Assembly (NCBI GenBank): GCA_034376845.1
Contig: JAXMJE010000124.1
Coordinates: 14,309-78,308 of the forward strand
Source of the DNA: Azonexus sp.
Lineage (GTDB): Bacteria > Pseudomonadota > Gammaproteobacteria > Burkholderiales > Rhodocyclaceae
Direction: 5' to 3'
Length of the DNA stretch: 64,000 nt
Part shown: one piece after another, positions 30,605 through 39,557 of the stretch
How the letters are laid out: each line of letters opens with the position of its first letter
Position numbering within the stretch: position 1 is the first letter of the stretch
The notes under the pieces: model-generated
The model's input: the letters and a program-made list of their open reading frames with translations, nothing else
Databases searched by the model: none
Told to the model about the DNA's origin: nothing
Position numbers and translations under genes: made by a program

Positions 30605-32113
30605 ATGTTTGAATCAGCAGAGCTGGGCCATAAGATCGATAAGGAAACTTTCAAGAAAGAAGTACCGAAGTTACGCGCCGCTTTATTGGATGCGCAATAT
30701 GAAATGCTGGAAAAAAAGGAGTTCCCGGTCGTTATTCTGATTAGCGGCGTGGACGGGAGTGGCAAGGGCGAAACAATCAATCTGCTCTATTCCTGGATGG
30801 ACCCGCGTCATATTTCGACGCTGGCTTTTTCGGCGCCGAGCGATGAAGAACGCACGCGGCCTTATATGTGGCGTTATTGGCGCGCCTTGCCGCCGAAAGG
30901 CAAGGTCGGGATTTTTGCCGGCTCCTGGTATTCACAGCCAATTGCCGACCGAATTACCGGTTCGATGCGTCGTTCCGAACTGGATGAACATCTGGAGGAC
31001 ATTAATCGCTTTGAGGCGATGCTGGTCAATGAAGGCGCGCTGGTCCTCAAGTTCTGGTTTCATCTCTCGAAAGAGGGTCAGAAGCAGCGCCTCAAATCCC
31101 TGGAGAAAAATCCGCATACCGCCTGGCGGGTGACCCAGGAAAGCTACGATCGTCTGAAAACCTACGGCAAGCTGCAAGAAGTGGCAGGCCATGTTTTGCG
31201 GGTAACGAATACCGCCCATGCGCCCTGGATTATTGTTGAAGGGACGGATGACGAATACCGTTCGCTGACGGTTGGCCGTATTGTGCTGGACGCCATGCAG
31301 CGCCGTCTGCAGCAAAAAGTTCGGCAACTAGTGCCGGTGGCGCCGCCGATCGTCCATACGATCGATCAGAAAAATGTGCTCAGCGAGCTGAATTTGACGC
31401 AAAAGCTCGCCAAAAAAGATTACGAAAGCGAGTTGGCTAAATACCAGGCTCGGCTCTCGGAATTGGTGCGTGATCCGCGTTTTGTCGACAAGCGTTCGCT
31501 CGTGCTGGTTTTCGAGGGGGCCGATGCGGCCGGCAAGGGGGGTGCCATTCGTCGGCTCGGCGCGGCGATGGATGCCCGGCAATATCAGATCATCCCGATT
31601 GCCGCTCCGACTGAGGAAGCACGTGCCCAACCTTATCTGTGGCGTTTCTGGCGGCATTTGCCGCGCACCGGACGGGTGGCGATTTTTGACCGCTCCTGGT
31701 ATGGCCGCGTACTCGTTGAACGAGTGGAGGGTTTTTGCTCCGAGCCGGACTGGCTGCGCGCCTATGCCGAGATCAACGATTTTGAACACCAGATGGTCGA
31801 ATCCGGCGCCGTGGTGATCAAATTCTGGTTGCAGATCAGCGCGGATGAGCAGTTGCGCCGTTTCAAGGAGCGTCAGGATACCGAGTTCAAACGTTTCAAG
31901 ATCACCGACGAGGATTGGCGTAATCGCGAGAAATGGGACGAATACGTTTCGGCGGTTTGCGACATGGTTGACCGCAGCTCGACAGGCTTGGCGCCATGGA
32001 CGCTGGTCGAGGCCAATGATAAAAATTTCGCTCGGGTCAAAGTACTGAGAACGGTTTGCGAACGCCTGGAAAATGCCTTGAAAGACGATAACGGGAAATA
32101 CGGCAACAAATGA
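30605..32113 (+). CDS. pap: Polyphosphate:AMP phosphotransferase (two-domain PPK2)
   Basis: MFESAE start; two PPK2 domains (GVDGSGKG; EGADAAGKGG, FDRSWYGRVLVERVEG). Confidence 0.93.
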   Translation: MFESAELGHKIDKETFKKEVPKLRAALLDAQYEMLEKKEFPVVILISGVDGSGKGETINLLYSWMDPRHISTLAFSAPSDEERTRPYMWRYWRALPPKGKVGIFAGSWYSQPIADRITGSMRRSELDEHLEDINRFEAMLVNEGALVLKFWFHLSKEGQKQRLKSLEKNPHTAWRVTQESYDRLKTYGKLQEVAGHVLRVTNTAHAPWIIVEGTDDEYRSLTVGRIVLDAMQRRLQQKVRQLVPVAPPIVHTIDQKNVLSELNLTQKLAKKDYESELAKYQARLSELVRDPRFVDKRSLVLVFEGADAAGKGGAIRRLGAAMDARQYQIIPIAAPTEEARAQPYLWRFWRHLPRTGRVAIFDRSWYGRVLVERVEGFCSEPDWLRAYAEINDFEHQMVESGAVVIKFWLQISADEQLRRFKERQDTEFKRFKITDEDWRNREKWDEYVSAVCDMVDRSSTGLAPWTLVEANDKNFARVKVLRTVCERLENALKDDNGKYGNK

Positions 32114-33429
32114 GCGACTCCTCTTACGACGAGCACTTCGTCTCCTGGTTTCGGGCTGTCACGCCCTATATCAACGCCTTTCGCGGCAAGACTTTCGTCA
32201 TTGCCTTTGGCGGCAAGGCGGTGGCCAGCGAGTTTGCCAAGACGCTGGCCTATGACGTCAATCTGTTGGTCAGCTTGGGCATTCGGCTGGTTCTGGTGCA
32301 TGGCGCGCGACCGCAGATCGAGGAAGAGCTACGCGAAAAAAATCTTGAGTCGATCTACCACCGCGGCTACCGCGTAACCAACGCCGAGGCGCTGGATTGT
32401 GTGTTGGATGCCGTCGGCAGTGTTTATCTGGAGATTGGTGCGATGTTGTCGCAGGGCTTGCCGAATACGCCGATGGCGAACAGCCGGATTCGCGTCATTG
32501 GCGGCAATTTCATTACGGGCCAGCCGATTGGCGTGCTTGACGGCATTGACATGCAATACGCCGGCAAAGTGCGCAAGGTTGATGCCGAAGGGATCAACGC
32601 CCAGCTTGGCCTGGGCAATATCGTGCTGCTCAATTGTGAAGGCCCGTCACCGACCGGAGAAATTTTCAATCTGCAAATGGAAGAGGCGGCCGAGGCGGTC
32701 GCCATGGCGATTCGCGCCGACAAGCTGGTTTATCTGACCGATAGCCGCGGCGTGACCGATCAGGCGGGTGAGTTGCTTGACGCGATGACCGCCGATGAAG
32801 CCGACGAAATGTTGAAAGCGGCGGAATGGCTATCGAGTGACATCCGGCGCTACCTGCCTTGCTCGGTGCGGGCTAGCCGGGCTGGCGTTGGCCGCGTGCA
32901 CCTGATCAGCTTCGAGCAGGATGGCGCGTTGCTGCGTGAATTATTTACCCACGACGGCGTGGGCACCGTCGTCACGCGGGAATCGCTGGAGAACATCCGC
33001 GAAGCCAAACCGGACGATATCGCGGCCTTGATTGCCCTGATTGAACCGATGGAGCAGGAAGGTATATTGGTGCATCGGCCGCGTGAACTGCTGGAGCGCG
33101 AGGTCGAGCATTTCTCGATCATGCTGCACGACGGCATCATTGTCGGCTGTGCCGCGCTTTATCCGCATTCGGAAGAAGAGGCTGAACTCGCTTGTCTGGC
33201 GGTCAGCCTTGAGCATCGTGAATGGGGCTACGGCGAGCAACTGATGAAGCGCATCGAGCGCCGCGCCCGAAAAATGGGGGTCAAGCGGCTTTGCGTGCTG
33301 ACCACGCGAACCGAACACTGGTTCGTCGAGCGTGGCTTCAAATTAGGTACGGTCGACGATCTGCCGGCGAAGAAGCGCGATATGTACAACTATCAGCGGC
33401 GCTCCAAGGTGTTGTTCAAAACTCTTTGA
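32110..33429 (+). CDS. argA: Amino-acid N-acetyltransferase (N-acetylglutamate synthase)
   Basis: WFRAVTPYINAFRGKTFV, LVHGARPQI, C-terminal GNAT, YNYQRRSKV. Confidence 0.96.
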   Translation: MSDSSYDEHFVSWFRAVTPYINAFRGKTFVIAFGGKAVASEFAKTLAYDVNLLVSLGIRLVLVHGARPQIEEELREKNLESIYHRGYRVTNAEALDCVLDAVGSVYLEIGAMLSQGLPNTPMANSRIRVIGGNFITGQPIGVLDGIDMQYAGKVRKVDAEGINAQLGLGNIVLLNCEGPSPTGEIFNLQMEEAAEAVAMAIRADKLVYLTDSRGVTDQAGELLDAMTADEADEMLKAAEWLSSDIRRYLPCSVRASRAGVGRVHLISFEQDGALLRELFTHDGVGTVVTRESLENIREAKPDDIAALIALIEPMEQEGILVHRPRELLEREVEHFSIMLHDGIIVGCAALYPHSEEEAELACLAVSLEHREWGYGEQLMKRIERRARKMGVKRLCVLTTRTEHWFVERGFKLGTVDDLPAKKRDMYNYQRRSKVLFKTL

Positions 33430-33470
33430 TGGTGTTTCAGGACGAATCGTAACGTAACAAAAAATCATGT

Positions 33471-33497
33471 AAAGCCCGGTTTTTCCGGGCTTTTTTG
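33471..33497 (+). terminator. Intrinsic terminator after argA (element-supplied)
   Basis: AAAGCCCGG-ttttt-CCGGGCTTTTTT. Confidence 0.8.
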
Positions 33498-33540
33498 TTT
33501 GTGCTCGTTGCGAAACGTAGCGAGACAGCGCATACGTTTC

Positions 33541-33612
33541 GTGTAGCTAGGTGTGTAGCTAAACTGAATTTAGTGGTTTCGGTCGTGTTGCTAGAAAAAA
33601 CTGTGTAGCTAG
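33541..33612 (+). repeat. Putative integrase arm-type sites, GTGTAGCTA x3
   Basis: Copies at 33541, 33553 and 33603; related GTGTGGCTA/GAGTAGCTA at about 36636-36656 near the other end. Confidence 0.65.
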
Positions 33613-33624
33613 GGAGGAAAAGCC

Positions 33625-34470
33625 GTGGGGAAGCTGACTGACAGACGTTGAGTTACGGAATTGGATCAAAGCAGGCTTGCCGGTTGTTAAAACCGATGGT
33701 GACGGCCTGACTTTTACCCTGTCGGCAAAAGGAACGGCGGCGTGGACGCTGCGCTATCGTTACGGTGGCAAAGCAAAGGAATTGACCTTGGGACGCTATC
33801 CCGATTTGACCTTGACCAAGGCTCGGGAACTGGCTGCGCCCGATTGTCGACCGGGGGATTTTCCGAACGGCAGTCAAGGTGCTGCAATTGGCCAAGGCGC
33901 TTTTTAACTTTGCGATGAAGCGCCATATCGTTATTTCAAACCCGGCCGCCCCGTTCAATTGGCAAGACATAGGCGGCGAAACCGGACCCCGTAGCAGGGT
34001 GTTATCGAAGTCAGAGATTACCCGGTTCTTCAAGGCCATTCGAGACACCCCTAATTTTCCCCCTTAGTCTGCGGCCGCCCTCAAGCTGTTACTTGCCCAG
34101 GGGGTTCGCAAAATGGAATTGCTCAAAGCAACCTGGGACGAATTCGACCTGAAAGCCGGTGAATGGCATTTGCCAGCCGAACGAACCAAGACCGATGCGG
34201 CTATTCGTATTCCCCTTTCCCCTTGGGTTGTTTCCATCCTGAAAGAGCAGAAAGCACGTGGACACAATGCCTACGTTTTCCCGGTGCTTCGCATCGCCCC
34301 CGGCAAGACAACCGGGTACATGGGCGAAACGACGCTGAACCACGCCCTCTATATGCTGCAAAGTGACCTGGAGCCATTCACGGTGCACGATCTTCGCCGG
34401 ACAGCCTGCACCCATTTAGCCGCCCTGGGGGTTGCCCCATATATTGCCGAAATGTGTTTGAACCACACGG
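33625..34470 (+). pseudogene. P4-like tyrosine integrase pseudogene
   Basis: GTG-GKLTD then a 4-nt frameshift; arm-binding domain (DGDGL...WTLRYRYGGK...TLGRYP); second frame break near 33840-33880; in-frame TAG at 34065; GVRKMEL and HDLRRT...LNH; lost before the catalytic Tyr. Confidence 0.88.
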
Positions 34471-34587
34471 TAGAAAAGGACTTTGCCGGCGATTTCGTGG
34501 AATGTCGGCAGGAATCGGCAGCCGTTGCCGCCGGCCATGCCCTGCGCCTTGCACATCGCGCCCGGCAGGGCTGAAAACCGCTTGCCT

Positions 34588-34608
34588 TTGTAACCCTATC
34601 CATTACAA
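34588..34608. promoter_or_regulatory. Palindromic operator upstream of higB
   Basis: TTGTAA-N9-TTACAA ending 7 nt before the ATG. Confidence 0.6.
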
Positions 34609-34615
34609 TCTGCCC

Positions 34616-34894
34616 ATGATTTGCAGCATTCGACATAAAGGGCTGTTACGGTTTTTCTCGGAGAGTGACCGCCGGGGAATCAACCCAAAACACGGGCCCC
34701 GGCTTGAACGCCTGTTGGACCGCCTGGAATCGGCGGGCCGGCCGGAAGATATGAACCTGCCCGGCTTCGGATTTCATGGCCTGACGGGCTTCAATCCCAA
34801 GCGGTACGCCGTGAGCGTGTCGGGTAACTGGCGAATCACGTTTGCTTTCGACGGTGAAGACGCCGTCGACGTTGATTTGGAGGATTGCCATTGA
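34616..34894 (+). CDS. higB: HigB/RelE-like toxin (plasmid maintenance killer type)
   Basis: MICSIRHKGL...DMNLPGFGFHGLTG...VSVSGNWRITFAF...DLEDCH. Confidence 0.88.
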   Translation: MICSIRHKGLLRFFSESDRRGINPKHGPRLERLLDRLESAGRPEDMNLPGFGFHGLTGFNPKRYAVSVSGNWRITFAFDGEDAVDVDLEDCH

Positions 34895-35196
34895 TGACTC
34901 TACGCAACCCGAACCGCAAGCCGACGCACCCCGGGGCGATCCTTCGGGAAGATGTGTTGCCGGCGCTGGGTATGACCCAAACCGAATTTGCCAAGCGGCT
35001 GGCGGTTTCGCGTCTGACAGTTTCCGAATTGCTGCACGAAAAGCGCGGCCTGTCCGCTGATCTGGCTATCCGCTTGGGCAAGCTGACCGGGACCACGCCG
35101 GAAAGCTGGTTGCGAATGCAAGAAGCCCTTGACCTGTGGGCGTTGAATCGCACCAAGGCCGGCGAATATGCCGGAATCGAGAGGCTGGCAGCGTGA
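34894..35196 (+). CDS. higA: HigA antitoxin
   Basis: PTHPGAILRED, HTH, GTTPESWLRMQ; TGATG overlap with higB. Confidence 0.9.
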   Translation: MTLRNPNRKPTHPGAILREDVLPALGMTQTEFAKRLAVSRLTVSELLHEKRGLSADLAIRLGKLTGTTPESWLRMQEALDLWALNRTKAGEYAGIERLAA

Positions 35197-35483
35197 TTGC
35201 CTTTATGCACGACCCCGCACACCCCGGCGAAGTTTTGGCCGGCTGGATTGATGACCTTGACCTGAGCGTTGCCGCTTTCGGCAAGCATTTGGGCATTTCC
35301 AGATTTATGCTGTCCCGCACTCTCAACGGACACGCGGCCGTTTCCGCTGATATGGATTTGCGGCTATCTGAGGCCTTGGGGACCACCCCGGGCTTTTGGT
35401 TGCAGATGCAGACCCAGCGGGACTTATGGCAAGCCCGGCAGCGGGCAAGCGAGCGCCCGCACGTTGAGCGGCTGGCGGCCTGA
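35193..35483 (+). CDS. higA: Second HigA-family antitoxin
   Basis: MHDPAHPGEVL...SADMDLRL...GTTPGFWLQMQ; GTGA overlap (alternative ATG at 35205). Confidence 0.85.
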   Translation: MIAFMHDPAHPGEVLAGWIDDLDLSVAAFGKHLGISRFMLSRTLNGHAAVSADMDLRLSEALGTTPGFWLQMQTQRDLWQARQRASERPHVERLAA

Positions 35484-35640
35484 TTGGCTAGTGGTGTGAA
35501 TATGTAGGACATGGCAACCGGCGGCGAATCTCTACCGCCAAGGCCAAACGGGGCCGGCGCGGATGATCCGCAAAACGAAACAGAGAGCCGAGGCGCTGCA
35601 ACGCCCGGCCCCCCTACCAAGACACAATGGACCTTGTGCA

Positions 35641-36033
35641 ATGGCGAAAATTGATTCTACACGGCCGGGCCTTGATCTTTCGCCCTGGCTGGATGACCCC
35701 ATGAGTATTTTTCAAGCATCGCGGCTTTGGGTTGAAATTCTGCCGAATATGCCAGAGGATGAGGCGCGCAAGCGTTATCCCGAGTCGTCATTAATCGCTA
35801 TTCGTTGGCGCGCTAAATTAGAGGCCGCGGCCCAGTCCGGGGGGCTGGCTTACGAAAAGCCGGTGCCGACCAAGCGAGAGAAAACCGGCCTGGCGGTTGG
35901 AGGGAGCGCTTACCTGGGTACGCCGTCTCGGCCCGCAACATATCGAACAATTGAAAATTGGCCGGCGGCCCGCGTTGCCTTGGTTGATCTGCGAGATCAA
36001 CAGCAAGGGCGGGACAGATGGCCGGGCTTGTGA
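35641..36033 (+). CDS. Hypothetical protein, possibly a truncated element gene
   Basis: ORF from ATG 35641; no recognisable motif. Confidence 0.4.
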   Translation: MAKIDSTRPGLDLSPWLDDPMSIFQASRLWVEILPNMPEDEARKRYPESSLIAIRWRAKLEAAAQSGGLAYEKPVPTKREKTGLAVGGSAYLGTPSRPATYRTIENWPAARVALVDLRDQQQGRDRWPGL

Positions 36034-36137
36034 ACCCTCGCCCCACCGAAAGTGAACTAATTAACGAACACGCCGGGCCGGTTCGTGCGCCCCTGAATGT
36101 GGCATTTCGCACGCCCTGAAACGTCCTGATTCCGAAG

Positions 36138-36230
36138 TGTCCCGGCTGTGTCCCGGCGTAAATATGCAAATTGAAAAGACAAAACGCCCTATTGGTAAGG
36201 GTTTCTGGCGTTTGTCCCGGTTGTCCCGGC
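36138..36230 (+). repeat. TGTCCCGG x4 in two pairs (iteron-like)
   Basis: Copies at 36138, 36149, 36213 and 36222 around an AT-richer spacer. Confidence 0.6.
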
Positions 36231-36782
36231 ACAAAACGAGGGGGGTAGGAAGAAAGGCAACGTTAAAGCGGCGCGCGCATAGGGGGCGGGGCTGATAATT
36301 CATTGCGCTGAAAATGGGTTTCGTTCGTTCACTTGGTTGCGCCAAAGCGCAACGGCAGAAGGTGCGGTTTGCCGAGCGGGGGGCCCCGAAGCGTTCTGTT
36401 ACGCAAGGGGGCAAAGACGCTCGCCCGATCTGTAGTTAGAGCCGCTTGGAAATTGCTGAACGTAGACAATCATTTTGCGTGTTCGTGTATGGCAAAAACG
36501 CTATATATCCAGTTTTTTCTGGACATTCCCCCGGGTTGCCGGCTGTGCTGATTGGCCGGGTTGGTCGTAGCGGTCATAAATCTATCGCCCCTGGGTGTTG
36601 GTTTGAGTCGAAATATATTGCAGCGGCCGGTTTGTGTGTGGCTACATGAGTAGCTAGATAAAACTTGAAAACAGAAAACCCTTATATCTATTGGTCTGGT
36701 GGCCGATTCAAAGAGTCTGTTCAAGACCCTTTGAGCTTGAACTAAACTTCGTCTGGCTCCGTTTTCCGGGTTGTGTTTTGGT

Positions 36783-37061
36783 TTAGAGACTGCTTGTCTC
36801 ATAGGCCGCAAGCGTTACCCCGGCGTGGGTTAGCACTTCGCGGATTGCTTTGATATCCATCCGGCTGCAGGTGCTGCTGTTGTGCGGGTGATGCAGCATG
36901 GCTTCGACCTTGTTCAGGGTAATCTTGAAGCGTGCGCCGTGCGCTGGTTCGACTTCGGCGCCCAGGTGGTGGAGCAGCGACTCGATTTCACGCCAGTGGA
37001 TATTGGCGCTCGGCGGATCCTGGAAGATGCTGCGCATCAAGGCGGCGTGCTTGTGGCTCAT
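36783..37061 (-). CDS. HicA-like protein (orphan)
   Basis: IFQDPPSANIHWREIESLLHHLGAEV...GARFKITLN...HHPH, similar to HicA-family proteins. Confidence 0.7.
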   Translation of the reverse strand: MSHKHAALMRSIFQDPPSANIHWREIESLLHHLGAEVEPAHGARFKITLNKVEAMLHHPHNSSTCSRMDIKAIREVLTHAGVTLAAYETSSL

Positions 37062-37115
37062 GGTCGGCTCCCGGCAGTTTAGGCCTGAGCATTTTATGCC
37101 TTTGGCGAATTTTCG

Positions 37116-37610
37116 TCAGGCTAAAACGAGTTTGAGCAAGGCCAGACAGAGCAGGGTGTAACCCGCCGCCACCAGATCATCGGCCATGACGCCGAAGCCA
37201 TTTTTGACGTGGGTGTCGAAATAACGGGCGGGTTGCGGTTTGGTGATGTCGAAGTAGCGGAAGAGGGCGAAGGCGGCCAGTTGCCAGAGGAAGGTATCCG
37301 GCGTGAGCAGCAGGACGAGCCAGAAAGGGACGATTTCGTCCCAGACAATGCTGCCATGGTCCGGGTCGCCGATGGCTTTGCCGGTGATGTCGATAATCCA
37401 GATGCCGAGCAGATAGGCTGCGGTCAACGCCAATAAAAGGCCAAAATCGGTGAAATAGGGGCGGAAGAGCGGGAAGCTCAGCCAGGCGAACAGGGTGCCG
37501 AAAGTGCCGGGCGCCCACGGCGCGAGGCCGCTGCCGCAACCGAGAGCAAGAAAATGGGCCGGGTTGTTGAGGAGGAATCTGAGACTGGGGCGTTTTGACT
37601 TTTCAGGCAA
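37116..37610 (-). CDS. pgpA: Phosphatidylglycerophosphatase A
   Basis: GSGLAPWAPGTFGT, DHGSIVWDEI, FRYFDITKP, GFGVMADD; TTG start overlapping the thiL stop. Confidence 0.94.
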   Translation of the reverse strand: MPEKSKRPSLRFLLNNPAHFLALGCGSGLAPWAPGTFGTLFAWLSFPLFRPYFTDFGLLLALTAAYLLGIWIIDITGKAIGDPDHGSIVWDEIVPFWLVLLLTPDTFLWQLAAFALFRYFDITKPQPARYFDTHVKNGFGVMADDLVAAGYTLLCLALLKLVLA

Positions 37611-38595
37611 AGTGATCGAAGCCTTTGTGGTCGAATTCGACGGCCACACCTTCCGGGTCAAGAACGGTGACCGTGCCGGGCGGCGCGGCTTCCGGATTAG
37701 CCACCATCTCGCCGATGCACCACAGTGGCAGTTCCAGTTCGGCGGCGATGCGGCTGATGGCGAGGTGCTGATCGTAGGGGGCGGTGAAGCAGAGTTCGTA
37801 ATCGTCGCCGCCGGCCAGTTGGCAGTCGAGGGCGAGGCGGCGCAGGTCGGCGTTGTAGCTTTCGCCGCTTCCCGCCAAATCCCGCAGGCGCGGCAGCTTG
37901 ACGAGTTGTACGGCGGCGGCGCAGCCGGAGCGCTCGGCGATGTGGCCGAGATCGGCGAGCAGACCGTCGGAAACATCGATCGCAGCGCTGGCAATCCCGT
38001 TCAGCGCCAGACCGAGCGCAATGCGCGGACGCGGCTTCTCGAGGGCGCCAATACACAGACGTGGCCAGGGTTCAGGGAGTTTGACTTTGCCTTGCAGATG
38101 CGCCAGGCCGAGGCTCGCCAGGCCGGGGCGGCCGGAGACCCAGATCTGGTCGCCAACTTTGGCGCCGTCGCGGCGCAGCGCCTGACCAGGTGCAACTTCG
38201 CCGATCGCGGTGATGCAGAGATTGAGCGGACCTTTGGTGGTATCGCCGCCGACGACATCGACGCCATATTCAGCGGCGCAGGCGAAGAAACCTTCGGCAA
38301 ATTTGGCAATCCACGGCTCGTCGACCGCGGGCAAAGCGCCGGCCAGCGTTACCCAGCGCGGTTTGGCGCCCATTGCGGCGAGGTCGGAGAGATTGACGGC
38401 GAGTGCTTTCCAGCCCAGGTTTTTCGGATCGGTATCCGGCAGAAAGTGTGTGCCGGATACCAGCATATCGGTGGTGACGGCGAGCTGTTTACCTGGCGTC
38501 GGCTGCAGCAGAGCGCAGTCGTCGCCGGGGCCGAGCACGGCCGAAGGGGTTGGCCGGGCGAAGTATTTATCGATCAGCGCAAACTCCCCGGCCAT
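37603..38595 (-). CDS. thiL: Thiamine-monophosphate kinase
   Basis: GEFALI, GDDCA, NLSDLAAMGA, GGDTT, DVSDGL, GGDDYEL. Confidence 0.96.
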   Translation of the reverse strand: MAGEFALIDKYFARPTPSAVLGPGDDCALLQPTPGKQLAVTTDMLVSGTHFLPDTDPKNLGWKALAVNLSDLAAMGAKPRWVTLAGALPAVDEPWIAKFAEGFFACAAEYGVDVVGGDTTKGPLNLCITAIGEVAPGQALRRDGAKVGDQIWVSGRPGLASLGLAHLQGKVKLPEPWPRLCIGALEKPRPRIALGLALNGIASAAIDVSDGLLADLGHIAERSGCAAAVQLVKLPRLRDLAGSGESYNADLRRLALDCQLAGGDDYELCFTAPYDQHLAISRIAAELELPLWCIGEMVANPEAAPPGTVTVLDPEGVAVEFDHKGFDHFA

Positions 38596-38598
38596 TTT

Positions 38599-39084
38599 TC
38601 AGCGGGCCTTTCGGGCGATAAATTCTTCCGGGCGAGCCAGCGCGGCGACCTTGTCGAGCACGCCATTGACGTACTTGTGACCATCGGTGCCGCCGAAGGA
38701 TTTGGTCAGCTCGATAGCTTCGTTGATGATGACGCGGTAGGGCGTTTCCGGGTGGTTGTTCAGCTCGAAGGCGCCCATCATCAGGATGCAGCCTTCAATC
38801 GGTGACAGTTCGCTGAACTCACGGTCGATATGTTTTCTGATCTGGTTCGAGAGGGCTTCCTGTTGGCCGATGACGCCGCGCAGCGTGCCAACGAAGAACT
38901 CACGGTCAGCCTTGGCGAAACCTTCCAGGTCGGGAATCTGGGCTTCAATGGCGGTTTCATCGGCACCGCCGACGCGCCACTGGTAGAGGCCTTGCAAGAC
39001 AAATTCGCGGGCGCGGCGGCGGGCCGATTTGGGCGGCGCTTTGGGTTCTTCCGGGAGATTGTGGTCGCTGGCGAAGGTGGTCAT
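38599..39084 (-). CDS. nusB: Transcription antitermination factor NusB
   Basis: [35 protein letters not shown]. Confidence 0.96.
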   Translation of the reverse strand: MTTFASDHNLPEEPKAPPKSARRRAREFVLQGLYQWRVGGADETAIEAQIPDLEGFAKADREFFVGTLRGVIGQQEALSNQIRKHIDREFSELSPIEGCILMMGAFELNNHPETPYRVIINEAIELTKSFGGTDGHKYVNGVLDKVAALARPEEFIARKAR

Positions 39085-39554
39085 TGGTCTAGTACTTTCT
39101 GGAGGTTGGCCATCTCGACGGCGGCCTGGGCGCAGTCGCTACCCTTGGGTTGCATGCGGACTTCGGCCTGTTCGTCAGTTTCGCAAGTCAGGATGCCATT
39201 GGCAATTGGCACGCCGGTGTGCAATTGCACTTCCATGATGGCGCGGCAGGAATCGTTGGAGACCACTTCAAAATGATAAGTGTCGCCCCGGATGACGGCG
39301 CCCAGAGCCACCAGCGCATCGTACTTGCCACTGAGTGCCAGGCTTTGCAGCACGAGCGGGATTTCCAGTGCGCCGGGAACGTTGGCGATGACCATGTCGG
39401 CATCGGCGACGCCGAGGCGCTTGAGTTCATGGACGCAGGCGGAGAGCAGGCCTTCGCAGACCGGCAGGTTGAAACGGCTCATCACGATGCCGATTTTCAG
39501 GCCGGCGCCATTCAGGCTGTTGTCGTATTCGTAAATGTTGTCAAAGCGCGACAT
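39081..39554 (-). CDS. ribH: 6,7-dimethyl-8-ribityllumazine synthase
   Basis: [23 protein letters not shown]. Confidence 0.96.
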   Translation of the reverse strand: MSRFDNIYEYDNSLNGAGLKIGIVMSRFNLPVCEGLLSACVHELKRLGVADADMVIANVPGALEIPLVLQSLALSGKYDALVALGAVIRGDTYHFEVVSNDSCRAIMEVQLHTGVPIANGILTCETDEQAEVRMQPKGSDCAQAAVEMANLQKVLDQ

Positions 39555-39557
39555 GGC

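Larger units (their letters stand above)
33403..36734. mobile_element. Degenerate integrative element (about 3.3 kb) inserted in the 3' end of argA
   Basis: Integrase pseudogene next to argA; displaced copy of the argA 3' end at 36708-36734; TA cargo. Confidence 0.8.

Noticed and set aside
36061-36811. ORFs 36061-36414 and 36470-36811 as real genes
   Set aside because: No motifs or convincing RBS; they cross repeats and the att site, so they are probably spurious.
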